DNA of 64,000 bases, taken from an uncultured Desulfobacterales bacterium (GTDB lineage: Bacteria; Desulfobacterota; Desulfobacteria; Desulfobacterales; B30-G6). The notes beneath the pieces were generated by a model, which was not told where the DNA came from, did no database searches, and saw nothing but the letters and a program-made list of their open reading frames with translations. Location of the stretch: contig CAZWEO010000005.1 in the NCBI GenBank assembly GCA_964633115.1, positions 109-64,108 on the forward strand, read 5' to 3'. Positions 44,316-52,770 of this stretch are shown here, piece by piece (position 1 is the stretch's first letter; the number at the start of each line of letters is the position of its first letter). The translations under genes were made by a program, and so were the position numbers.

Positions 44316-44513
44316 TGCTTTATCCGCCTTCGCAGCAGACCTTCGGCTTGCACATGGATATGAATGCCAAAAATAAGATAAACGTTGCGGCGCGATGTCA
44401 CCCCAGAAATAAGGCGGATAACCGCGACGTAGCCGAAGGCGAAGTCGGGTATTTAAATTGGAACCCCATTTTACCCGTGGGGTTCCATAACTATAATGTA
44501 GTTACAAAATAGC

Positions 44514-44543
44514 TTGACATGGTTTTGGGGTTATTGCTATATT
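44514..44543 (+). promoter_or_regulatory. Putative sigma70 promoter of acd
   Basis: TTGACA-18 bp-TATATT with an extended -10 TG. Confidence 0.55.
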
Positions 44544-44664
44544 CTCGCAACCCATCCAGAAATGATTCAATAAAAATATTGATATAAATCAATTGGTTAA
44601 ATTAATTCACGGTGTGGCTACTTAAATGCTTAGCATGCCGGGTTTGAAATTAGGAGGCGAATAA

Positions 44665-45828
44665 ATGGATTTTGGACTATCCAAAGAAATGGAAATGCTC
44701 AGAAAAGCTGTTCGGGAGTTTGCTACCAAAAAAATAGCGCCTTATGCTGATCAATGGGATGCCGAGCATTATTTTCCCTACAAAGAGGCTATCAAGCCCA
44801 TGGGTGAGCTGGGTTTTTTTGGTACTGTGATTCCCGAAGAGTATGATGGCGATGATATGGGTTGGCTGGCGACTGTGATTGTCACGGAAGAAATAGCCCG
44901 GGCATCGAGTTCATTACGGGTTCAAATCAATATGCAAGCCCTCGGTTGCGCCTACACTATCTTGACTTATGGCAGCGATGAGGTCAAATCTAAATATATC
45001 CAGAAACTTGTGAATGCCGATTACATTGGCGGATTTGGCATTACTGAGCCAGATGCTGGTTCCGATGTCATGGCCATGGTATCCACGGCCGAAGATAAAG
45101 GTGATCACTGGTTGCTGAATGGTTCCAAAACATGGATATCCAATGCTAATATCGCCGATGTCATCATTTACTATGCCTATACCGATGTTTCCAAGGGCTC
45201 CAAAGGATTATCGGCATTTGTGGTGGAGATGAAGAATTTCAATGGAATCAAAACTTCTAGCTTGGATAAAATGGGATCGCATTCATCCCCGACCGGAGAG
45301 GTTTTCCTGGACAACACCAAAGTTCCCAAGGAGAATATCCTGGGTAAGCCCGGCGATGGCGCCAAAATCGTTTTCGGATCGCTGAATCAGACGCGGCTAT
45401 CGGCAGCTGCCGGTGCTGTCGGGGTTTCACAGGCTTTCCTGGATGTGGCTACCAAGTATTGCAACGAGAGAAAACAGTTTGGTAAACCCATCGGGCAGTT
45501 CCAAATGAACCAGGATATGATTGCCCAAATGGCCACGGAAATAGATGCAGCCCGATTGTTGGTTTACAAGGGTGCCTGGCGCAAGGATCAAGGCCAATTG
45601 AATAACGGACTCGATGTGGCCAAAGCCAAGTATTTTGCCGGCGAAGTCGTCACCAAGTGCGCCAATTATGCCATGAAGATTCTGGGAGCCTATGGATATT
45701 CCACCGAATATCCGGTAGCGCGTTTTTATAAAGATACGCCGACTTATTTTATCGTGGAAGGTTCGGCCAATATTTGTAAATGGATTGTGGCCTTGGATCA
45801 GTTGGGATACCGTAAGGCCAACCGATAA
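44665..45828 (+). CDS. acd: Glutaryl-CoA dehydrogenase, non-decarboxylating (glutaconyl-CoA-forming)
   Basis: Acyl-CoA dehydrogenase motifs (GITEPDAGSD, NGSKTWISN, GAYGYS). From memory it closely resembles the Desulfococcus multivorans enzyme, including VEGSANI (Val before the catalytic Glu) and the RKANR C-terminus. Confidence 0.88.
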   Translation: MDFGLSKEMEMLRKAVREFATKKIAPYADQWDAEHYFPYKEAIKPMGELGFFGTVIPEEYDGDDMGWLATVIVTEEIARASSSLRVQINMQALGCAYTILTYGSDEVKSKYIQKLVNADYIGGFGITEPDAGSDVMAMVSTAEDKGDHWLLNGSKTWISNANIADVIIYYAYTDVSKGSKGLSAFVVEMKNFNGIKTSSLDKMGSHSSPTGEVFLDNTKVPKENILGKPGDGAKIVFGSLNQTRLSAAAGAVGVSQAFLDVATKYCNERKQFGKPIGQFQMNQDMIAQMATEIDAARLLVYKGAWRKDQGQLNNGLDVAKAKYFAGEVVTKCANYAMKILGAYGYSTEYPVARFYKDTPTYFIVEGSANICKWIVALDQLGYRKANR

Positions 45829-45965
45829 TACTAAATTTTAGGGCAGCGGTGCCGCCCTAAAATTTACTATGGTAAGCGGCTTCCGTCTTCACCCTTCGGG
45901 CTGCGCCGAGACAAGCCGCTGTATTACCATGCCGGGTTACTAGGGCAATACAGGGAGGTGGCGGA

Positions 45966-46361
45966 TTGGATAATGAACTCGTCGAAAAAACCAAGCGGAC
46001 GGCCGAGCTGTACTTCAAAGATGTGAAGGGCGAACGGCCTTTTGACCTATGGCGGGCATTTGACAAGGATCTGGCCAAAGATCTTAGCTTGTTTATCACT
46101 GGGAGCATGTATGCCCGGGAGAAACTTCCCCACCCGACGCGTCAGTTGGTGACGGTTGCAGCTCTCACAGTTTTATCGCGTCCTGAAGAGCTTAAGCTGC
46201 ATATCGAGGCTGCCTTAAATGTGGGCTGTACCCCCGCTGAAATTGCTGAAACCATTTTTCAGACATTGGTATATGGCGGTGTGCCCTCGGCCAATACGGC
46301 GCTCAAGGTACTACGGGAAGTCCTGCAGGAAAAGGGGAGCTGGCCGCTATATCCAGAATGA
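45966..46361 (+). CDS. Carboxymuconolactone decarboxylase (CMD/AhpD-like) family protein
   Basis: RQLVTVAAL......ELKLHIEAALNVG.T..EIAE....YGGVP; TTG start after GGAGGTG. Confidence 0.88.
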   Translation: MDNELVEKTKRTAELYFKDVKGERPFDLWRAFDKDLAKDLSLFITGSMYAREKLPHPTRQLVTVAALTVLSRPEELKLHIEAALNVGCTPAEIAETIFQTLVYGGVPSANTALKVLREVLQEKGSWPLYPE

Positions 46362-46362
46362 T

Positions 46363-46443
46363 GGCTTTAGGTTTTAAGTACGCACAAGGCTTGCAGCTGA
46401 GAGCTGTGTGTCATCCTAAAACCTAACACTTAAAACTTAAAAC
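46363..46443. repeat. Intergenic hairpin element with 7-bp unit arms (copy B)
   Basis: TTTAGGTTTTAAGT ... CCTAAAACCTAACACTTAAAACTTAAAAC; homologous to 26543-26627. Confidence 0.8.
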
Positions 46444-46469
46444 GTTACGAAACTAAATGGAGTAATCCG

Positions 46470-48203
46470 ATGAAACCTTATTTCGAAACAATGCCTGAAT
46501 TTGGGAAAATCATTAGCCATGGTCAAATTCTCAGCACCGAGGAAAATGTTCAAAAAATAAAGGAAGTGGAAACGGAGATTGAACAGGAAGTCGAAAAAGC
46601 TAAGAATGTCGGTTTCCCAGAAGAGAAAATCAATGCCCGCGGCCAATTAACCGTTTGGCAACGCTTGGAATATCTGGTCGATCCCGGTACCTGGTGCCCC
46701 TTGCATACCCTTTATAATCCCGATGATAATGCCGAAGGCACCACCAATGTTTTTGATGGTTTGGGGAAGATATCCGGGAAATGGGCCGTTATTATCGGTT
46801 TTGACAACAAGCTGCTGGCTGGTGCCTGGGTGCCAGGACAGTATGAGAATATTTTACGGGTAACCAATCTCTCCAAACGACTTAATATCCCCTTGGTATG
46901 GTTGGTGAACTGCAGCGGTGTCAAACTGACCGAGCAGGAAAAATTTTACGCCGACCGTCGCGGCGGCGGCACCACGTTTTTCCGGCATGCTGAGCTTGAG
47001 CAGATGGGTATTCCGGTGCTGGCAGCAATCTACGGGACCAATCCGGCTGGCGGCGGCTATCAAGGCATCAGCCCCACAATTCTTTTTGCCCATAAAAATT
47101 GCAATATTGCCGTTGGCGGCGGCGGAATTTTAAGCGGCATGTCTCCCAAAGGCTATTTTGACGAAGACGGTGCCGAACAGTTAATTAATGCCGCTAAGCA
47201 ATATAAGGCGACCCCCCCGGGTTCGACCAAAATCCACTATGATGAAACCGGATTTTTCCGCTATGTTTACGAAGAAGAAAAGCAGGTTTTAGACGGTCTG
47301 AAAGATTATATGAAGGACATGCCGGCCTATAATCCTAAATTTTTCCGCGTAGCTGCGCCCGCAGAACCCCGCTTTCCGGGTGAGGATCTTTATCGCCTGA
47401 TTCCGTTCAATCAGAAACAAATGTATAGCTTTGATGAAGTGCTGGCTCGTTTGGTGGATAATAGCGAGCATATGGAGTTTAAGCCTGATTATGGCCCGGA
47501 AATATATACCGGCATTGTTAAGATTGATGGCTTTCCGGTGGGTATTATCGGTAACCGTCAAGGTTTTCTGGGAATGGACTACCCCGAATATGCCGATTAC
47601 CCAGGTATCGGTGGCAAGCTTTACCGCCAAGGCCTGATTAAAATGAACGAATTCGTAACCTTATGCGGCCGGGATCGTTTGCCGATCGTCTGGTTCCAAG
47701 ACACATCTGGAATCGATGTGGGGGATATTGCCGAAAAAGCTGAATTGTTGGGTTTGGGACAAAGTCTGATCTACTCGATTCAACAAACCGATGTTCCCCA
47801 GATATTGGTATTGTTGCGCAAAGGCACGGCTGCAGCCCATTATGTCATGGGTGGACCTACCGACAATCGTCATAATGCGTTTACACTGGGCATCGCGACT
47901 TCGGAAATATATGTGATGCATGGGGAAACCGCTGCCGCCGCCAGTTTCTCACGGCGCCTGGTTAAAGAGAAGGATGCCGGTCGAGACCTAAAGCCCGTCA
48001 TCGATAAGATGAATCAGATGGCCCAGGAGTATTATGATTATTCCCGGCCGGTGTACTGTGCCCAAAAAGGATTTGTGGATGAGGTGGCACGCATGACTGA
48101 CGTGCGCAATTATTTGGTGGCTTTTGCTGGGGCGGTCTATCAAAACCCAACATCAATCTGCCCGCAGCATCAAATGTTGTTGCCCAGGAGTATTCGCGGA
48201 TAA
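46470..48203 (+). CDS. gcdA: Glutaconyl-CoA decarboxylase alpha subunit (carboxyltransferase)
   Basis: GQLTVWQR..YLVDPGTW.PL, NCSGVKL, GTNPAGGGY, GTAAAHYVMGGP, SICPQHQMLLPR; adjacent to acd. Confidence 0.88.
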   Translation: MKPYFETMPEFGKIISHGQILSTEENVQKIKEVETEIEQEVEKAKNVGFPEEKINARGQLTVWQRLEYLVDPGTWCPLHTLYNPDDNAEGTTNVFDGLGKISGKWAVIIGFDNKLLAGAWVPGQYENILRVTNLSKRLNIPLVWLVNCSGVKLTEQEKFYADRRGGGTTFFRHAELEQMGIPVLAAIYGTNPAGGGYQGISPTILFAHKNCNIAVGGGGILSGMSPKGYFDEDGAEQLINAAKQYKATPPGSTKIHYDETGFFRYVYEEEKQVLDGLKDYMKDMPAYNPKFFRVAAPAEPRFPGEDLYRLIPFNQKQMYSFDEVLARLVDNSEHMEFKPDYGPEIYTGIVKIDGFPVGIIGNRQGFLGMDYPEYADYPGIGGKLYRQGLIKMNEFVTLCGRDRLPIVWFQDTSGIDVGDIAEKAELLGLGQSLIYSIQQTDVPQILVLLRKGTAAAHYVMGGPTDNRHNAFTLGIATSEIYVMHGETAAAASFSRRLVKEKDAGRDLKPVIDKMNQMAQEYYDYSRPVYCAQKGFVDEVARMTDVRNYLVAFAGAVYQNPTSICPQHQMLLPRSIRG

Positions 48204-48250
48204 TTTTCAAGGAAAACACCGGCTCAAAAAATGCTGGTATTCGTTTCAAT

Positions 48251-48290
48251 AAAAACCTCGCATCAATTTTAAGTTGGTGGGAGGTTTTTT
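48251..48290 (+). terminator. Intrinsic terminator after gcdA
   Basis: AAAAACCTC...GAGGTTTTTT. Confidence 0.65.
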
Positions 48291-48338
48291 ATTTCGAAAA
48301 TCGTTGAATCCGTCCTCTGAAAAAGGTAATTAAACCAT

Positions 48339-51300
48339 ATGTCCAATGATGTCCAAATCACCCTTGATCCGGCCCCTGGCAGCTCACTGTTGCGTCATCG
48401 GGGCGATACGCTTGTATTTGCGCTTCGGACCAACCGACCGATACAGGGGCGGGCGTTTTTAAGAACCAACCTGGGCAGGGGACGAATTAGCAGGCAGCAG
48501 ATCCGGGATGCGGTTGAAAATAAAGTGGCCCCAAGTGGCCGTGACTGGTTTGATATCCGCATGCCAGAAGTTGAGCCGCAATATTTCCGTTTACGCCTAC
48601 CCCTGATTGAAGTGGGGCATTTTGAAGCCAAAGCCTTGTTTATACCCCGAGGCCAAACTGAGCCCTTGTGGGTTCCGGGCGTCAACATTTGCATCAACAT
48701 CGAGCCGGCCGAAAGTTGTTGTGCCAATATCATATATAACGCATTCGTGCGTCAATTTGGTGCAAATAAAGAAGGGCTGGGGTTTGGAGAGAACCATCTT
48801 CAAGCCATGTCAGTACTGGATGAAACCGGCTGTCATGTAATTCCGCCATCCGGAACCTTTCGGGATTTGATTCAGGAACTCGATTTCATAATTGGGGAAC
48901 TCGGCTGCCGATACATCCAACTACTACCCATTCATCCAACACCCACGACATTCGGCCGCATGGGACGTTTTGGGAGTCCCTATGCGGCCCTCAGTTTTAC
49001 GGCAGTGGACCCGGCCTTAGCAGAATTTGACGATAGGGCCACACCGCTGGAACAATTTCTGGAGTTGGTGCAAGCCGTTCATGCTCGCAATGCCAAGGTG
49101 TTGCTGGACATTGCTATTAACCACACCGGTTGGGCTGCATCGTTGCATGAAACCCATCCCCAGTGGTTGGTGCGCAGCGACCAAGGCAACATCGAAGTCC
49201 CCGGTGCTTGGGGTGTGCGTTGGGAAGATTTAACCAAACTAAACTTTCAGCACCGGGATTTGTGGTGCTATATGGCTGAGGTTTTTCTGACCTGGTGTCG
49301 CCGGGGAGTGGATGGATTTCGATGCGATGCCGGGTATATGATCCCAGCAACTGTATGGCAGTACATAATTGCTGTGGTGCGTGATCAGTTTCCAGATACA
49401 ATTTTCTTCCTGGAAGGTTTGGGGGGTAAGGTGTCTGTCACCCGGGGACTATTGGATTCAGCCAATTTCAACTGGGCATATTCCGAACTCTTCCAAAACT
49501 ATAGCCAGCACGACATCGTGGCACAAATGGAATTGGCCCAGCAGATTTCACAGGGCCAAGGTTTGATGGTGCATTATGCGGAAACACATGACAATCTGCG
49601 TTTAGCTTCACGGTCACAGACCTGGGCTCGCATGCGAACAGCCCTGTGTGCACTGGCCTCATTTCAAGGGGGGTTCGGGTTTGCCAATGGTGTTGAATGG
49701 TATGCCAGCCAAAAAATCAATGTGCATGAATCGCCATCTTTAAACTGGGGCTCCGATCAAAATCAAGTAGACTATATTCGTCGCTTAAGTCAGCTGCTAA
49801 AGAAACATCCTGCTTTTTGGGATCAAAGTCGGATCGACATCATCGATCAGACATCGGAGCATACCTTCGTTTTTTTGCGGCAGCATATGCCGACTGAGAA
49901 AAAATTACTCATCGTTGTCAATTTGGATGATAGCCGGCCGCAACGTGCTGTCTGGCCAGAGATGGATCGGATGGGAACCACCGAGTCCTGGCTCGATCTC
50001 ATATCAGGCGAACGGGTAGCTGCTCGCATGCAAGCTGGAAACATGCAGATCGATCTGCTTCCGGGCCAGGTTCTTTGCATTAGCAATGAACCGGATGGGT
50101 ATGTTGATACTGCTGTTCAGGCTGATAAACCGTTTGGAATTCCAGATCGTATCCTCCGTCAGCGTCTGCGATTAAAGACGTTGGAAGTCCAGCAAGCATA
50201 CCACGATTTTGGCGATATGGATGATTGGGATGTAGATATCGCCAGCAGGCAGTTGCGGGAGGACCCACTGGATTTTTGCCGCCGGATGAATTCCCACAGT
50301 GGAGAATCCCGCACGATCCATTGGTGCTGGCCTCAAGACTGCCGCCGAGAGGTGATGCTACCACCACATCATTTCTTGTATTTAAAATCGCCCCACCCAT
50401 TTAAGGTAAAGATTGGTCAGGGACAACAGATATGGGTGTCTGAAACTTCGCTACCGTCACGACATGATTTTCACTGGGCCCTAATCAAGCCTTTTCCGGT
50501 GTCTGATGCCATGCGTGAATTGAACATGAATTTGTCGGTCTATGCCCTTGAAAAATGTCAGCAGGTGGATGCGCGTTTAATGTTGTTGCCGAACAGGTTG
50601 TCGGACTTCAACCTGACTTACTCCCGCCGATGCATTGATAGTTCCCAGCAGCGGTTGCTGCTATCCAACGTGCGCGGGGCGGCCTGCTTTTTGCCACTTG
50701 CCTGGGGTCGACAATATAGCCGCTACGATAGTGTGTTGGCAGCCAACATTCATCCGCAATTGCCCGTTGACCGCTGGATCATGTTTACACGCTTACGGGC
50801 TTGGGTTGTGTATCAGGATTACTCGCAATCCCTTGACATGGACTGTCTAACATCTTTTGGCCTAAACCGAGCACTGCAGGGTGATTGGTCTTTCCAGGTG
50901 CCCACGGGCTGTGGAACGCATGTCATCCTGCAACTTTGGGTTCACTTGCACAAGGATTCCAATCTGATTCAATTCGAAGTGCGAAGATGCCCCCAAAACG
51001 GGGAGCAGGGCCGACTTTCTAATGCAGAAACTGTCGAGATCATTTTACGTCCAGATATTGAAAACCGATCTTTTCATGCCAATACCAAAGCCTACCGGGA
51101 TGTTGAGAATGCATGGCCACAGGCGGTCTCATCCCAGAAAGATGGATTTACTTTTAAACCGGATAATTCTCACTGTTTGAATATGGTTCAACCAGGGGGT
51201 GAATTTGTTACCGAGCCAGAATGGCATTATATGATTCACCGAACTGAGGATGCTGATCGGGGCTTTGATCCCCACGGCGATTTATTTAGTCCTGGGTATT

Positions 51301-52652
51301 TCAGGATTCAGATCCAGGGCGGCGAACAAGCCAGTTTGCATGCGTGGGTAGGTGAACAAAAAGCGCAAGCAGCACTCAATCTATATGAAAATGCAGGAAC
51401 CCATCAAGGTGGGCGCCCAAAACCGGAAGAATCTTCGTCCCAATCCATAAAGGAAGTTCTGATTGCCGCACTTAGCCAGTATGTCGTGCACAGGGGCGAA
51501 CACCAGACTATCATTGCCGGATTTCCCTGGTTTCTGGATTGGGGCCGCGATGCTATCATCGTTACGCGGGCTCTGATCGCCTCAGGTAAAATCGAGGCGG
51601 CGCGTCAGGTCTTGGGGCTTTTTGGCGGTTATGAAGAAGATGGCAGCCTGCCCAATATGCTTCAAGGAATGCAAACCTCAAACCGGGATACTTCGGACGC
51701 TCCCTTGTGGTTTATTGTTGCTATCCAGGATTTGTTGGAAAAAGAAGGCGATCATTCCTGGCTGGACGAAACGTATGCACAGCGTATGATTAAAGAGATC
51801 ATCACATCCATCGCCGAAGCCTATATTCGGGGAACCCATAATGGCATTCACATGGATCCGGAATCGGGATTAATTTTCAGCCCATCCCACTATACCTGGA
51901 TGGATACGAATCACCCCGCCGGCACACCCCGGGAAGGCTATGCCATTGAAATCCAGGCCTTGTGGTACGCAGCACTACAATTACTCGCTAAAATCGATGC
52001 CAAAGAGAAGCGTTGGGCACAGTTGGCTGCCCAAGTACAAACCTCGATTGCGGCGTTTTTTTGGTTGCCATCAGAGGGTTTTTTAGCAGACTGCCTATAC
52101 GCAAAAGCGGGTACACCAGCTCGAGCAGCAGAACCCGATGACGCGCTACGCCCGAATCAGTTGCTGGCTGTGACCTTAGGCGCTTTCTCAAAATCATCGC
52201 ATTGCCAAACATTGCTAGAATCTTGTCAGACCTTACTCATACCTGGTGCCATTCGAAGCTTGGCCGACCGTCCCTTAAGGCGTCCACTGGAAATATTTCA
52301 TAATGGGCAGCAATTGGGTGATCCGCATGCGCCCTATCAAGGTCGTTATCAGGGCGATGAAGACACCCAGCGAAAACCAGCTTATCACAATGGCACTGCC
52401 TGGACCTGGCTATTTCCATCCTTTTGCGAGGCTTGGGCCAAAGTTTTCGGTCCCGCAGCAACCCCAACGGCAATGGCTTGGTTGAACAGCATCATCGTCT
52501 TACTGCAAGAAGGATGTGTCGGTCACCTTCCCGAAATTATAGATGGCGATCTGCCCCACAAACAGCGCGGTTGCCCGGCTCAAGCCTGGGGGGTCAGTGA
52601 GGCTTTGCGGGTATGGCTGAAACTTGAGCAGGATCTACAGGACCAAGAATAA
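48339..52652 (+). CDS. Bifunctional glycogen debranching enzyme (GH13 glucanotransferase-like + GH133 amylo-alpha-1,6-glucosidase)
   Basis: GH13 motifs DIAINHTG, GFRCDAG, FLEG, ETHDN; GH133 motifs IIAGFPWFLDWGRD, TWMDT, EIQALWY, YHNGTAW, QAWG. Confidence 0.88.
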   Translation: MSNDVQITLDPAPGSSLLRHRGDTLVFALRTNRPIQGRAFLRTNLGRGRISRQQIRDAVENKVAPSGRDWFDIRMPEVEPQYFRLRLPLIEVGHFEAKALFIPRGQTEPLWVPGVNICINIEPAESCCANIIYNAFVRQFGANKEGLGFGENHLQAMSVLDETGCHVIPPSGTFRDLIQELDFIIGELGCRYIQLLPIHPTPTTFGRMGRFGSPYAALSFTAVDPALAEFDDRATPLEQFLELVQAVHARNAKVLLDIAINHTGWAASLHETHPQWLVRSDQGNIEVPGAWGVRWEDLTKLNFQHRDLWCYMAEVFLTWCRRGVDGFRCDAGYMIPATVWQYIIAVVRDQFPDTIFFLEGLGGKVSVTRGLLDSANFNWAYSELFQNYSQHDIVAQMELAQQISQGQGLMVHYAETHDNLRLASRSQTWARMRTALCALASFQGGFGFANGVEWYASQKINVHESPSLNWGSDQNQVDYIRRLSQLLKKHPAFWDQSRIDIIDQTSEHTFVFLRQHMPTEKKLLIVVNLDDSRPQRAVWPEMDRMGTTESWLDLISGERVAARMQAGNMQIDLLPGQVLCISNEPDGYVDTAVQADKPFGIPDRILRQRLRLKTLEVQQAYHDFGDMDDWDVDIASRQLREDPLDFCRRMNSHSGESRTIHWCWPQDCRREVMLPPHHFLYLKSPHPFKVKIGQGQQIWVSETSLPSRHDFHWALIKPFPVSDAMRELNMNLSVYALEKCQQVDARLMLLPNRLSDFNLTYSRRCIDSSQQRLLLSNVRGAACFLPLAWGRQYSRYDSVLAANIHPQLPVDRWIMFTRLRAWVVYQDYSQSLDMDCLTSFGLNRALQGDWSFQVPTGCGTHVILQLWVHLHKDSNLIQFEVRRCPQNGEQGRLSNAETVEIILRPDIENRSFHANTKAYRDVENAWPQAVSSQKDGFTFKPDNSHCLNMVQPGGEFVTEPEWHYMIHRTEDADRGFDPHGDLFSPGYFRIQIQGGEQASLHAWVGEQKAQAALNLYENAGTHQGGRPKPEESSSQSIKEVLIAALSQYVVHRGEHQTIIAGFPWFLDWGRDAIIVTRALIASGKIEAARQVLGLFGGYEEDGSLPNMLQGMQTSNRDTSDAPLWFIVAIQDLLEKEGDHSWLDETYAQRMIKEIITSIAEAYIRGTHNGIHMDPESGLIFSPSHYTWMDTNHPAGTPREGYAIEIQALWYAALQLLAKIDAKEKRWAQLAAQVQTSIAAFFWLPSEGFLADCLYAKAGTPARAAEPDDALRPNQLLAVTLGAFSKSSHCQTLLESCQTLLIPGAIRSLADRPLRRPLEIFHNGQQLGDPHAPYQGRYQGDEDTQRKPAYHNGTAWTWLFPSFCEAWAKVFGPAATPTAMAWLNSIIVLLQEGCVGHLPEIIDGDLPHKQRGCPAQAWGVSEALRVWLKLEQDLQDQE

Positions 52653-52770
52653 ACCTTAAAGTTGCAACGTTGGGGTAGACAAGATCGTAATGGACACCAT
52701 TGGGATACCTTGCTTGTGGCCGTGGACATTATGTATTATAGTGTCGCATTAGCAAAAAAAAGGACCTGTC

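Noticed and set aside
44316..44450. ORF 44267-44512, or an ncRNA with TTATCCGCCTT/AAGGCGGATAA and CCTTCGGCT/AGCCGAAGG repeats
   Set aside because: The ORF has no recognisable features. The inverted repeats look like REP-type debris (a similar fragment lies near 45880-45917), but no family could be supported from this window.
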